From contig JAGYMO010000283.1 in assembly GCA_018400255.1 (NCBI GenBank), forward strand, positions 1 through 32,094: a DNA stretch of 32,094 bases. Direction: 5' to 3'. Source of the stretch: Deltaproteobacteria bacterium. Its GTDB lineage: Bacteria; Desulfobacterota; DSM-4660; Desulfatiglandales; B25-G16. Below are positions 19,995 through 29,136 of the stretch, piece by piece; position 1 is the stretch's first letter, and every line of letters starts with the position of its first letter. The notes below the pieces were generated by a model. The model worked only from the letters and a program-made list of their open reading frames with translations. It searched no databases and had not been told where the DNA came from. The position numbers were made by a program, and so were the translations under genes.

Positions 19995-20717
19995 ATGTCT
20001 GTGCCCTTTGATGGACCAATTTCGGATGAAATCCTGTTCTCCAATGAAGAGCCCAGGGCTGTGCCATGGTCAGTGCCATGGGCTGATGTCATGATGACAT
20101 TATTTGTCATTTTTGCGGCGCTATATGTCTTTAAGCCTCCAATTACGGAAGAAGTGGTTACTCATAAGGAGGTGCGGACAGAGTATGTTGAGAGAACAAA
20201 AACTATTCCCCAGGGTCCCGGTGATGCTCAATTCCATGGGAAAAAGAGTATTCGAGATATCTATGATCTGAGCAGGCAGAAACTGAGCTCTGTATCTTCA
20301 ATAGAGTTGGTGCCTGACAAGGCTGTCAGGATAATCCTGAGGAGCGACCTGCTTTTCGACCTGGGGGAGGCACATATTAGGGAAGATGCAAAGGCATCAT
20401 TGAGGGAGGTCGCGGAGGTCCTCCGTCAAACCGAATACATGGTTAACGTGGCAGGGCATACGGATGATCTTTCTATAAGCACAGAGGACTTTCCTTCAAA
20501 CTGGGAGCTCTCAACAGCCAGAGCAGTTCAAGTCGCTCGTTTCCTCATGAAAGATATGGATATACCTGAAGAGAAATTTTATGTAACAGGGCATGCATTT
20601 TATCAACCGGTTAAACCAAATACTAACGATAGGAACAGAGCAGCCAACAGGCGCGTTGAAATTATTATAACAAAGGAAAGACCTCGTGGGGTCAGTGAAG
20701 AGGTTCAGCAAGGATAA
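19995..20717 (+). CDS. motB: MotB/OmpA family stator-type protein
   Basis: PWSVPWADVMMTLF TM segment with the conserved Asp. OmpA-like domain LLFDLG, VAGHTDD, SNWELSTARA, NRRVEI. The start is uncertain (ATG 19995 after AGGCGG; ORF is open from 19851). Confidence 0.85.
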   Translation: MSVPFDGPISDEILFSNEEPRAVPWSVPWADVMMTLFVIFAALYVFKPPITEEVVTHKEVRTEYVERTKTIPQGPGDAQFHGKKSIRDIYDLSRQKLSSVSSIELVPDKAVRIILRSDLLFDLGEAHIREDAKASLREVAEVLRQTEYMVNVAGHTDDLSISTEDFPSNWELSTARAVQVARFLMKDMDIPEEKFYVTGHAFYQPVKPNTNDRNRAANRRVEIIITKERPRGVSEEVQQG

Positions 20718-20852
20718 GTATCGTATCCAGTTGCTTGGGGCACGTTGCTTTTTCCCTTGAGATTATAATCGTTATGCCCTCTGTAAAGCTTATCATTGCT
20801 GTCAATCGGCAGGGTATTATGCAGGGACAACAAAAAAAGAAGGAGGTTGAAA

Positions 20853-21704
20853 GTGGAAAGAAATACCCTTATAGGCATTACAGCCAGCATCTTACTTCTT
20901 GTTTTAGGCTTCGTACTCAATGGAAGTATAGGGCTTTATTTTAACCTCGTTTCCATGTTGATAGTTGTTGGTGGTGTCTTCGGCGCTGCCTTTATCAGCT
21001 TTAGGTGGGAGCGCCTTGTCATAGTGTACAGGGTGCTTCGCTCTTTGTATAGAACGAAAATTCGAACGCCGGAGGAGATAGTAGAGACATTGGTGGATCT
21101 CTCAGTTAAAAGTAAGATCAATGGAATATTGTCTCTCCAGGATGACCAGGAAGAAACATCGATTAATTTTTTGAAACGTGCGCTTGGATTGCTCGTAGAT
21201 GGTTTCCCAAGGGAACAGATACGTGAGGCATTAACCACGGAGATGTATTTTTTTAAATTACGCAGGCAGGAGTCCGAAAGGGTTCTGAGGACTATTGCCG
21301 AGGTATGTCCTCCATTTGGGCTTATCGGGAGTATTGTTGGCCTTCTCGGATTGTTTTCAGCAGGGTATGATGATGCGAGCATTCTGAGGGCCATTGCGAC
21401 CGCCCTTACGGCCACTGTTTATGGAGCTGTCTTGGCATACTTCCTATTCATCCCCTTCGCGGCCCATATAAGAGAGAGAACAGACAACGAGCTACTTCTG
21501 CAAAAGATTATCCTTGAAGGGGTGATAGCGATAGAAAGTGAACTTAAGCCCAGGATGCTTGAATTAAAGTTGAAATCATTCCTGACGCCGTCTTCAAGGG
21601 CGGGAAACATTGTCTCCTTGGAGCGTATACGGGAGCGATTCAAGGTTAAGGAAGAGGAAGATAAACTTCCGTCCATTGAAAAGAGGCCTTTAGCCAAATC
21701 GTAG
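20853..21704 (+). CDS. motA: MotA/TolQ/ExbB proton channel family protein (MotA-like)
   Basis: GTG 20853 after AAGGAGGT. Motifs IVVGG, GILSL, FLKRALGLLVDG, PPFGLIGS, ALTATVYG and IILEGV. Confidence 0.87.
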   Translation: MERNTLIGITASILLLVLGFVLNGSIGLYFNLVSMLIVVGGVFGAAFISFRWERLVIVYRVLRSLYRTKIRTPEEIVETLVDLSVKSKINGILSLQDDQEETSINFLKRALGLLVDGFPREQIREALTTEMYFFKLRRQESERVLRTIAEVCPPFGLIGSIVGLLGLFSAGYDDASILRAIATALTATVYGAVLAYFLFIPFAAHIRERTDNELLLQKIILEGVIAIESELKPRMLELKLKSFLTPSSRAGNIVSLERIRERFKVKEEEDKLPSIEKRPLAKS

Positions 21705-21769
21705 CGCTGCCCTTGATAATGCCGTGCTTTTTTAGCCGGTCCAAATATACGGGGCAGATGTATGGGTTG

Positions 21770-23509
21770 TTATGGCGTCTTCCTGCAATTTAAAATGGCA
21801 TCGATATTTTTCTGAGCCCAGTCGTCCACCCTTCTTTCTTTTTCTACATAATCGATTAGCTTATCTGAGATATGCCTGTTTTTTAATACAGCCGCCACAG
21901 TCTTTTCTCCTCCGTCCTTTAACTTGAAAGGGTTTATATAGACAATTCCGTCTTCTTCTCCAAAACCCTTCTGGCTCAAGACCCTTGAAGCACCGCTTGT
22001 GCTCAGAACAAGAATGCCACGATCATTAGCTTTTTTATATTTCTGTGATAGAATGTATTCAAAGGCAACAAGATTCATGCCGTCTTCAAGGGGGGTGACA
22101 AGCATAACATCTATCTCCTTCATAAAGAGATAATTCTGGGGCGCAGGAATTCCTTTTTCTATAAGGATAATAGGGCTATCAGGTAATTTTGCATTTTTTC
22201 TCATAATCTCTTGCTTCACCATCATACTGAGGTTCTGATAGTCTAAATTATCAGACCTGCTAGGGGCTGTAACCTGATAAAGTCGGGCATCCTTTTTTAG
22301 ATTGCGCAAATTAATAAACGCATACTGAAAGACACCCAGTCTCTCCACCAGCCCCTTGGTATAATCACACCTGTCAAGCCCTCCAAAGATATATTTCCCG
22401 GCTTTCCTATCATCATATATTTTTTTGTAAAGACTCTCCTTGCCTAATTTATAATTTAATCTTTTTTTTGCCGAAACCTCAGAGATGATTTTATCTACAT
22501 CCAGGCCTATTGGAAAGGCACCAATAGTGGTTACACGGTCCCGATTATAAATTTCATAAGATTGCCCATCCACCCTGATCTTAACGGGAAACCATTCCTG
22601 CAATGCCTCAAGATAATTATCACAGTACTCTTTGGTGTGAAATCCGATGAAATCATTGGAAAGCATCCCCCATGTCAGCTTTTGCAAGGCAGTCTCAATA
22701 TTCTCACCAAAAGGTTCGTTAGCCTCGGCCTTAACCCTGTCCCTCTTGTCCTGCCGAATCAGCCCCTGAATTTCATGGATATTAAAGAAGGGGGTATGAA
22801 TGAATTGCCCTATACTAATCTTCTTTCTTTTTTCAGCAGAGATAACCTCTTCATCGAGCAAGGGCTTGTAGAACTCTGAAATTCGCATAAGATGATAATC
22901 CTGGCTCCAGATGACGATATCGCCGCTTTTCTTTTGTAATTCTTTGCTTTTTCGTACTTCATCGATGATGGTATTGGCAAATGTAACCCCGCTGCTGATA
23001 TACTGTATAAAATCGTTTTTCTCAAAATAGGGCCTGGGAAAAGATTGGATTCTTTTATAGAAAAGGGGTGATCTTGTAAGATGCATCAAGGGCCACAAAA
23101 AGCTGTTCGAAAATTTGTTGTAATAACCGTGCATATGCTCTGTGTCAAAAAAGACAAAGCGCATGTAAAAATCATAATCCTTATACCTGAAATGCATGCG
23201 GGTATCCGGTTCGATCTCTATATATGGAAAATGCTCTGGTGCGTATTTCTCTTTTTTCATCTTTTCAAACAAAAAGGCATAATGTCCACGGGCAACATCT
23301 ACATCGCTGTCTCCCATGGATGCCCCGAGCCAGGTAGTTTTCCACTTGCCGGGCCTCAAAAGACCGGACATTGCCTGGACCAGCCCGCCTTCCCCGAACC
23401 TAATTCCTCTTGGTCGTCTTCCCCTCTTTAAATTAGATTCTACGTTTGAAAGCAATTGCTCGGAGAAACTGAAAGGTCCTCTATTGGAAACAATAATCAA
23501 ATAACTCAT
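21770..23509 (-). CDS. otsA: Trehalose-6-phosphate synthase (GT20, OtsA-like), divergent
   Basis: Motifs VSNR, GGL, FSNSFLWPLMH, WSQDYHL, FIHTPF, FPIG, DRCDYTKG, APSR and TPLEDGMNLVAFEY. Confidence 0.85.
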   Translation of the reverse strand: MSYLIIVSNRGPFSFSEQLLSNVESNLKRGRRPRGIRFGEGGLVQAMSGLLRPGKWKTTWLGASMGDSDVDVARGHYAFLFEKMKKEKYAPEHFPYIEIEPDTRMHFRYKDYDFYMRFVFFDTEHMHGYYNKFSNSFLWPLMHLTRSPLFYKRIQSFPRPYFEKNDFIQYISSGVTFANTIIDEVRKSKELQKKSGDIVIWSQDYHLMRISEFYKPLLDEEVISAEKRKKISIGQFIHTPFFNIHEIQGLIRQDKRDRVKAEANEPFGENIETALQKLTWGMLSNDFIGFHTKEYCDNYLEALQEWFPVKIRVDGQSYEIYNRDRVTTIGAFPIGLDVDKIISEVSAKKRLNYKLGKESLYKKIYDDRKAGKYIFGGLDRCDYTKGLVERLGVFQYAFINLRNLKKDARLYQVTAPSRSDNLDYQNLSMMVKQEIMRKNAKLPDSPIILIEKGIPAPQNYLFMKEIDVMLVTPLEDGMNLVAFEYILSQKYKKANDRGILVLSTSGASRVLSQKGFGEEDGIVYINPFKLKDGGEKTVAAVLKNRHISDKLIDYVEKERRVDDWAQKNIDAILNCRKTP

Positions 23510-23580
23510 CGTTAGTTAGTCCTTGTGATTTTGCCTTCCGCCTCGATTTTTAATTGATCCTTTATGATCCATATATGGCG

Positions 23581-24357
23581 CTATGATATCCAACCAGAAA
23601 GGAAAGACAGAAGTTCATCGGGCGGTTTAATCCAGATATCAGCTTCAGTTGGCCGAAATTCTTCACGAACCAAGAGGCCTATACCATTTCCCTTAATAGC
23701 CTTAAAGGCATCCTCATCTGTTAGATCATCTCCGAGATATGCCGCCACTGCTTCTTTCTCCATCTCATTGAGTATTTTCCTTACCGCGTTTCCTTTGTTT
23801 ATCCCCGGAACTCTAATCTCCATGCCCCCATCAAAATCAATTAAGCGAAGCCCCCAGGTTTTGGCGATGAGAGCGCGTTTTGAGTCAATCTTATTTTTCA
23901 TGGTAGCTACCTGCCTTCTATCCAGCCCCCTCCAATGAATGGCGAGACAGCCGGGCTTCTTTTCACACCGCTCCGCAAGGCCTATTCTTTCCACCCATTC
24001 CTTTGCGGAAACAAGCGCATTCAGAAATTTTTCATCTATTGATTCAATTTCATAAGAGCCGTCCGATTTCAAGTGCTCGAGTCCATGGGAACCCCATACC
24101 TCTGGATTTTTGTTAAGCTGCAAGAGGGGAAGCAAATCTTTTGTCCATCTGCCGCTGATGATGACCAAACGGATATCATGCCTCTGCAGAATTTTATTCA
24201 GAATTTCATGTACACCCGGGTAAGGAAGCGCATTTGCGGGATCCACCTGAAAGGGAGCCAGGGTACCATCATAGTCTAACAGAAGCGCCTTGTGCTCGGC
24301 CCTCTTGATTTGCATAAAAAACAGATCAAGGTCTATATCTGCATTCAAAACTTTCAT
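23581..24357 (-). CDS. otsB: Trehalose-6-phosphate phosphatase (HAD IIB)
   Basis: Motifs LLDYDGTLAP, ISGR, GSHGLE, HWR, NKG and YLGDDLTDEDAF. Confidence 0.93.
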   Translation of the reverse strand: MKVLNADIDLDLFFMQIKRAEHKALLLDYDGTLAPFQVDPANALPYPGVHEILNKILQRHDIRLVIISGRWTKDLLPLLQLNKNPEVWGSHGLEHLKSDGSYEIESIDEKFLNALVSAKEWVERIGLAERCEKKPGCLAIHWRGLDRRQVATMKNKIDSKRALIAKTWGLRLIDFDGGMEIRVPGINKGNAVRKILNEMEKEAVAAYLGDDLTDEDAFKAIKGNGIGLLVREEFRPTEADIWIKPPDELLSFLSGWIS

Positions 24358-24420
24358 AACTCTTTTACATTAGCGAAATATTTTGGCAACCGGGTCCTCC
24401 TTCAATGCAGTTGAAATATT

Positions 24421-25668
24421 TTACCCGAGTTCAATACGTTCTTCTTTGGCGTGCAAAAGGGCGAAAATCAGCGTGAGGTATTCCCGTAGCTGCCTGGTGA
24501 TAAGGAAATTTTCGCGTACAAATTCCTTGGCTTTCTTCCCCATTTCCTCCATGATATCAGGGTTATGCAAAAGATAACGGATTCGCAGAGCCGCGCCTTC
24601 CGGTGTATTTACCAGGAACCCAGTGTGATGATTAACCACCTGGATACGGATCCCCCCAGTGTCACCGCCGATAACCGGCTTATTTTTCCACATGGCTTCA
24701 GTCACGGTTAAACCAAAGCCCTCCTTGATTGACTTTTGCATGACAATATCAGCGGAACGTTGAAGGGCATTAATCGTACGGTGTGCGTCCGCAGGTAAAA
24801 GAAGAATCCTGATGTCTGGGTCATCCATAGCTGCTGTCCGCACTTCCCGTAAAACCTCTTCCCCTTCAGGGTCATCTGAGGCGCCACCTCCTGCGAGCAC
24901 AAGCTGTAAAGGTGGAACAAATTCCTTTGCAAGCTGATAGGAGCGGATTACCCCGAAAGGGTCTTTGAATCGATCATAACGGGAAACCTGAAGTATTATT
25001 GGCCTTTCAGGGTCGATTTTAAAAGTTTGGAGAACCTTGCTGATTTCTTCCTCACCCAGATCGATATTTTTCTCATTGAAAGGATCAATGCTGGGCGCGA
25101 TAAGATAAACAGGGTGAGGCAATCGCTGCGCGAAACTTGAAAGGGAAAAAATGCTTGCATCATACTCAGAGACAAATTCGCGCAGATACTTCCAGACCGG
25201 CCTGAACGGCCTGCTGGCATCGATGTGACAGCGCCATACCCACTTGCCCCTGCGATTTGGAAAATACTTAATCAGTGCTGCGGGCTGAGGGTCGTGGGCA
25301 ATCACAACATCCGCCTCTTGCAAAAGCCCTTTTAGCCTCTCGGCTGTATCGGCATTCGTCTTTTCGTAAACCTTAAGATAACTTTCAGGTACATCTACCT
25401 GATTTCCCTGTATGGCATTGTGGAAGCTTTTTGTGCATTGATAAAAAATACTCTCGCCGGTAATAACCTCCCAGCTGGTTTCAATGCCAAGCTCTTGCAT
25501 CAGAGGCACCAGTTTCTGCAGTATCTCGGCAACCCCGCCCCCGGTTTGTGTGGAGTTAATGTGTACAAAACGAAGCCCATTAAGGGGTCGTGCTAATTGC
25601 TGTAGGTGCTCTATAACATCCCGACCGGCAATTTCTCCATATTTGTCAAGTAAATTTTTTTCTTTCAA
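24421..25668 (-). CDS. treT: GT4 glycosyltransferase, TreT-like trehalose synthase
   Basis: Motifs HINST..GGGVAEIL, TKSFHNA, HDPQP, WRCHID, QVSRYDRFKDP, DDPEG and QKSIKEGFGLTVTEA. The TTG start overlaps the upstream stop (TTGA). Confidence 0.85.
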   Translation of the reverse strand: MKEKNLLDKYGEIAGRDVIEHLQQLARPLNGLRFVHINSTQTGGGVAEILQKLVPLMQELGIETSWEVITGESIFYQCTKSFHNAIQGNQVDVPESYLKVYEKTNADTAERLKGLLQEADVVIAHDPQPAALIKYFPNRRGKWVWRCHIDASRPFRPVWKYLREFVSEYDASIFSLSSFAQRLPHPVYLIAPSIDPFNEKNIDLGEEEISKVLQTFKIDPERPIILQVSRYDRFKDPFGVIRSYQLAKEFVPPLQLVLAGGGASDDPEGEEVLREVRTAAMDDPDIRILLLPADAHRTINALQRSADIVMQKSIKEGFGLTVTEAMWKNKPVIGGDTGGIRIQVVNHHTGFLVNTPEGAALRIRYLLHNPDIMEEMGKKAKEFVRENFLITRQLREYLTLIFALLHAKEERIELG

Positions 25669-26336
25669 GGTTCCTCTTTTTGAAAGTAGGTCTTAAACAC
25701 GTCGCTCAGTTCTTCGCGCAATTTTTTCAACGGGGTAAAATAGGAACATACGCCGCTTATCATTTGGCATAAAACGTCGTATTCACCTTCGAAATTAAGT
25801 AGCCAGTTTTGAAAATCATCCAGGGAGTTCGGGTTTCGGCGTTGGGCATCAATAAAATGATAGAATATGCTTCCAAGGGACAAGCCGGGTATAATATCAA
25901 CAAAATTTTTCGGGTTATTAACAGACAGCTTAGTGTCAAATACTACGATCTGGTATCGTATAAATTCGAATTGAGCGTCTCTTTCGGCCCAAGTAGGGAA
26001 TTCGGTTTCATCTAAGCTTTCTTCGATTGTCTCTATAAGCTCATTTCTTACGGCTTCCATTGATTCGTAGGTACTTGGATTAATAACGGCCAGGCGTTCT
26101 GCAAGCCTTTTGTTGTGAAGGCTGTGGAAAATCCAGCTGGCAAAATCGTTGTGATATTCAGGGTCATCAAACCGGGGTCTCAATAAACCTCCCCAAAAGT
26201 GATAATAAATGCTGCCAGGCTCGATTTGACGTAAGTGCTCCCTGAGCTCCCGTAAATTTTGAGCCTTCTTGCCAGTAGCGATGGCTATCAATGCACAATC
26301 CTTGATAGCAAAAGGAGATAATCCTGATTCAGTCAC
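25665..26336 (-). CDS. DUF5752 family protein
   Basis: Internally duplicated motif SIYYHF...NDFASW / SIFYHF...DDFQNW, in the usual position upstream of a treT-like gene. Confidence 0.78.
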   Translation of the reverse strand: MTESGLSPFAIKDCALIAIATGKKAQNLRELREHLRQIEPGSIYYHFWGGLLRPRFDDPEYHNDFASWIFHSLHNKRLAERLAVINPSTYESMEAVRNELIETIEESLDETEFPTWAERDAQFEFIRYQIVVFDTKLSVNNPKNFVDIIPGLSLGSIFYHFIDAQRRNPNSLDDFQNWLLNFEGEYDVLCQMISGVCSYFTPLKKLREELSDVFKTYFQKEEP

Positions 26337-26481
26337 AATAACATCCTTAGTTAATGAAGGATCCTCAAATAAATAAAACCGCCCGAAACAGATTCCTGAA
26401 TGGTAGGATCAGAAACCCTTTTTTTATGCTTTCATTTTAATGCCAGTGTTCGATGCCAGCGCTAAAAAATACAATCTTATT

Positions 26482-26930
26482 CGTAACTATTCAGGTTTTT
26501 AGGTTGAAGACTGAAGGCTGAAATATTTCAACCAACGCGTAATGATTGAATCAAACCATTAAGAACCTTCTCCGTTTCGATTACCGCAGGTTCAATGAGA
26601 GAAAAATCATCGTTGAGCAAGAAGCCCAAACGTTGAGATAAACTTATTTGATAATGAAGTTCTCTCAATGACCCCAACGCTATGTAAAGAAAACGCAGGT
26701 AATCGGCCTGACTATCCCGTGCGCATCCTTCAATAATGTTAGAAGGGACAGAAATTGCTGCCCGCCTCATTTGAGCAGTCAAACCATACAGCTCTTCCCT
26801 CGGAAACCTTGCGGTCACCCTGTAGGCCAATAATGCCAAATCATCAGCCAACTCAAAAGCGCGGAGTTTTGTGTGATCACGCATGTTTTATTCCTATCAG
26901 GCTTCTACCTTCAGTCTATCTACCTGGATA
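26482..26930. mobile_element. Inverted-repeat-bounded cassette carrying the four-helix-bundle gene
   Basis: AGACTGAAGG (26508-26517) is the exact reverse complement of CCTTCAGTCT (26908-26917). TATTCAGGT (26488-26496) pairs 8/9 with ACCTGGATA (26922-26930). Confidence 0.55.
26528..26884 (-). CDS. Four helix bundle protein (23S rRNA IVP / bAvd-like family)
   Basis: Motifs FPREELYGLTAQMRRAAISVPSNIIEG and FLYIALGSLREL. Confidence 0.93.
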   Translation of the reverse strand: MRDHTKLRAFELADDLALLAYRVTARFPREELYGLTAQMRRAAISVPSNIIEGCARDSQADYLRFLYIALGSLRELHYQISLSQRLGFLLNDDFSLIEPAVIETEKVLNGLIQSLRVG

Positions 26931-27450
26931 ACAATTCTCATTTTATAATAAAAACGAAGATTTTGCAAGGGACTAAGTTGGCTGCAAGAAATACCAGCAC
27001 CCCCATGAAATCATAACTTCATTGATAAATTAACTTAAGATTTTCATCCGTGACTACTCTGTTCCGTTGCTGCTGGTCTGCTTATTGCTGGTTGTTTGGG
27101 GCTAACCTGTTTGAAAAAGATGGTGCCATTTCACTGGGTTTACGAGTAGTACCAGTTCCATCATAGCTCAAGTTACCTCCGAGGTTTAAAAAGGATTTGC
27201 AGGATTTTTAGGATAGAAGATGACATGGTTTTTTCAAAGCGCCAGGGGACTATCTTTAAGTATCAAATCAGGGTTTAATGAGATATAAATGGGCTTCAGG
27301 TGTACCTGTTTCATCTTTCACTGCATAATCCGGGTTCAATTCATATCTTGTAGAGGCGCATCTGCTATTAGGCGCACTAATCAACCACGCGATTCCCTGC
27401 ATCGGCCAAATAAGCCTGGTGGCGAATAAAAACGCTGCACCCTGAAAAGC

Positions 27451-28212
27451 TCAAAGGACTGCAACACCCTGTCCACGGAGGTATTCTTTTAACTCTCCGA
27501 TTTCAATGATCCCGAAATGGAATACGGATGCAGCAAGCAAGATTGTAGCACCTGCTTGCACTGCCTGATAAAAATGAAGCAGTTCACCTGCTCCACCGGA
27601 GGCCACCACATCGGCAGAGACCGCACCCTTGATTGCTCTAATCACCGGCAGATCATAGCCGGTCCGCACCCCGTCTCCTGCTTTGCTTGTAGGAAGAATA
27701 ACCGACACGCCGTAACCGTCAACGCGCCTTGCCCACTCGATTGCATCTGCACCGGTTGCTGACCGTCCACCATCAATATAAACTTCATAGCCTGATGGCA
27801 TAGCAGCATTCTGATCTACATCAATGGCCACCGTCACCTTCTCAGGACCCAGCTTTTTAACCATTTCTTTGACCACTTCAGGCCTCCGAAAGGCAGCACT
27901 GCTGGTCGATATTTTGTTTGCTCCTGCTCTGAGCACTAACTCAGCCGATTTTACATCAGATATACCTCCGCCAACAGTGAATGGAACAGTTGCCACTTCG
28001 GCCACACGTTTAACCACGTCGAGCATCGTGGCCCTGCCTTCCACCGTAGCAGTGATATCCAGAAGCGCTAGTTCGTCGGCACCAGTTTCACAATACGCTC
28101 GTGCGCATTCCACAGGATCACCGGCGTCTTGTATGTCAACGAAATGGACACCCTTGACAACTCGTCCGTTCCGCATATCCAGGCAGGGCATGATTCTAAT
28201 TACTTGATCCAA
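27451..28212 (-). CDS. hisF: HisF-like imidazole glycerol phosphate synthase cyclase subunit (orphan)
   Basis: Motifs RIMPCLD, RVVKG, GDPVE, GADEL..LDITAT, PFTVGGGI, VAID, ASGGAG and AASVFH. TTG start after GAGGAGG. Confidence 0.88.
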   Translation of the reverse strand: MDQVIRIMPCLDMRNGRVVKGVHFVDIQDAGDPVECARAYCETGADELALLDITATVEGRATMLDVVKRVAEVATVPFTVGGGISDVKSAELVLRAGANKISTSSAAFRRPEVVKEMVKKLGPEKVTVAIDVDQNAAMPSGYEVYIDGGRSATGADAIEWARRVDGYGVSVILPTSKAGDGVRTGYDLPVIRAIKGAVSADVVASGGAGELLHFYQAVQAGATILLAASVFHFGIIEIGELKEYLRGQGVAVL

Positions 28213-28471
28213 TGTATTCCTCCTCGTTGTGTTGTTATATCAATGTATCCTTTTGCCTCATCATCTATAAAGGGTCATGACAGTACGTGTAATGTATGTG
28301 GCCAATAATATTCGCCAAATACCCCAACTCCCTCTTCGTCTATGCCTCCTAACAGTGGACAGATTTGGGGCGGAGCATTGTACGTCAACCCTCTTATAAA
28401 AGGTAAAAAGCTGTTAAATATCAAGCAATTGAAAAAATAGGAAAAAAGCTCGATCCCGCTTCACTGATTTG

Positions 28472-28888
28472 CTAACCCTTTATTGCTATGTTGTTTTCCC
28501 GGCACCATGCTTTCAGTGCCGCTTGCTGCCTGTTGTTTTCGAATTCGTACCAATCTTTTAGGACGCCCCTTCTTTCCAGAAGATCTTTATATCTTGAATA
28601 TGCGCCCCTTCGGCGAAAAATTCCATAAACCTTATCCAGCTCTTCCGGCAAGTATTTTGATGTGAATTCAATTACCAGGGGCTTGCCAAGATCGAGTGCA
28701 TTTTTATGAGGTATGGTTATGTACTTATCGGGATCATCGATGTCTTCCGGAAGCTCATCAAAATCAGCCATTTCAGAGGCATAGAATATTTCTCCTGTTT
28801 CCTTGCACAGGTAGGCGCTATTCATATACGGCTGATCCATACTTGCAAATAAGAATGCATTTTCAATATCATCAAATAAAACAGCCAT
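28472..28888 (-). CDS. UPF0158 family protein
   Basis: Motifs YLCKETGEI, YITIP, FRRRGAYSRYKD...WYEFE and AWCRENNI. Confidence 0.75.
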   Translation of the reverse strand: MAVLFDDIENAFLFASMDQPYMNSAYLCKETGEIFYASEMADFDELPEDIDDPDKYITIPHKNALDLGKPLVIEFTSKYLPEELDKVYGIFRRRGAYSRYKDLLERRGVLKDWYEFENNRQQAALKAWCRENNIAIKG

Positions 28889-29136
28889 AAGATATTCATC
28901 TTTTTTGAGGTTAACAGTAAAACTGTAACAGGGGACATCAAATTATAAGGCGTATTGTATCTACACAGCCACGAAGACATGAAGAAAAGATTGATATCGC
29001 TATAACAATGCACATATGTGATCAGGTTTTCTCACTGCTATTACTGCACCGCATATCAAGGAGGCCCATCCATGCAGTAATTTCATACTCTTTGTGGCTT
29101 AATGCCTTTGCGGCACTATACCTGAGTGGCTGCGAT

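Noticed and set aside
19995-21704. Zorya defence system
   Set aside because: The MotA-like protein lacks the long ZorA tail, the gene order is reversed, and there are no zorC/D/E genes.
18293-25668. selD plus glycosyltransferases as a selenosugar/selenoneine (SenABC-like) pathway
   Set aside because: The glycosyltransferases are on the opposite strand, separated by motBA, carry TreT/OtsA motifs and sit with otsB. There is no SenA-like gene.
26528-26884. Diversity-generating retroelement or 23S rRNA intervening sequence
   Set aside because: No reverse transcriptase, TR/VR repeat pair or rRNA sequence is present in the window.
27102-27164. 20-aa minus-strand sORF (MMELVLLVNPVKWHHLFQTG) after a GGAGGT
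   Set aside because: Good RBS but no recognisable homology and an alternative TTG frame exists, so it cannot be supported.
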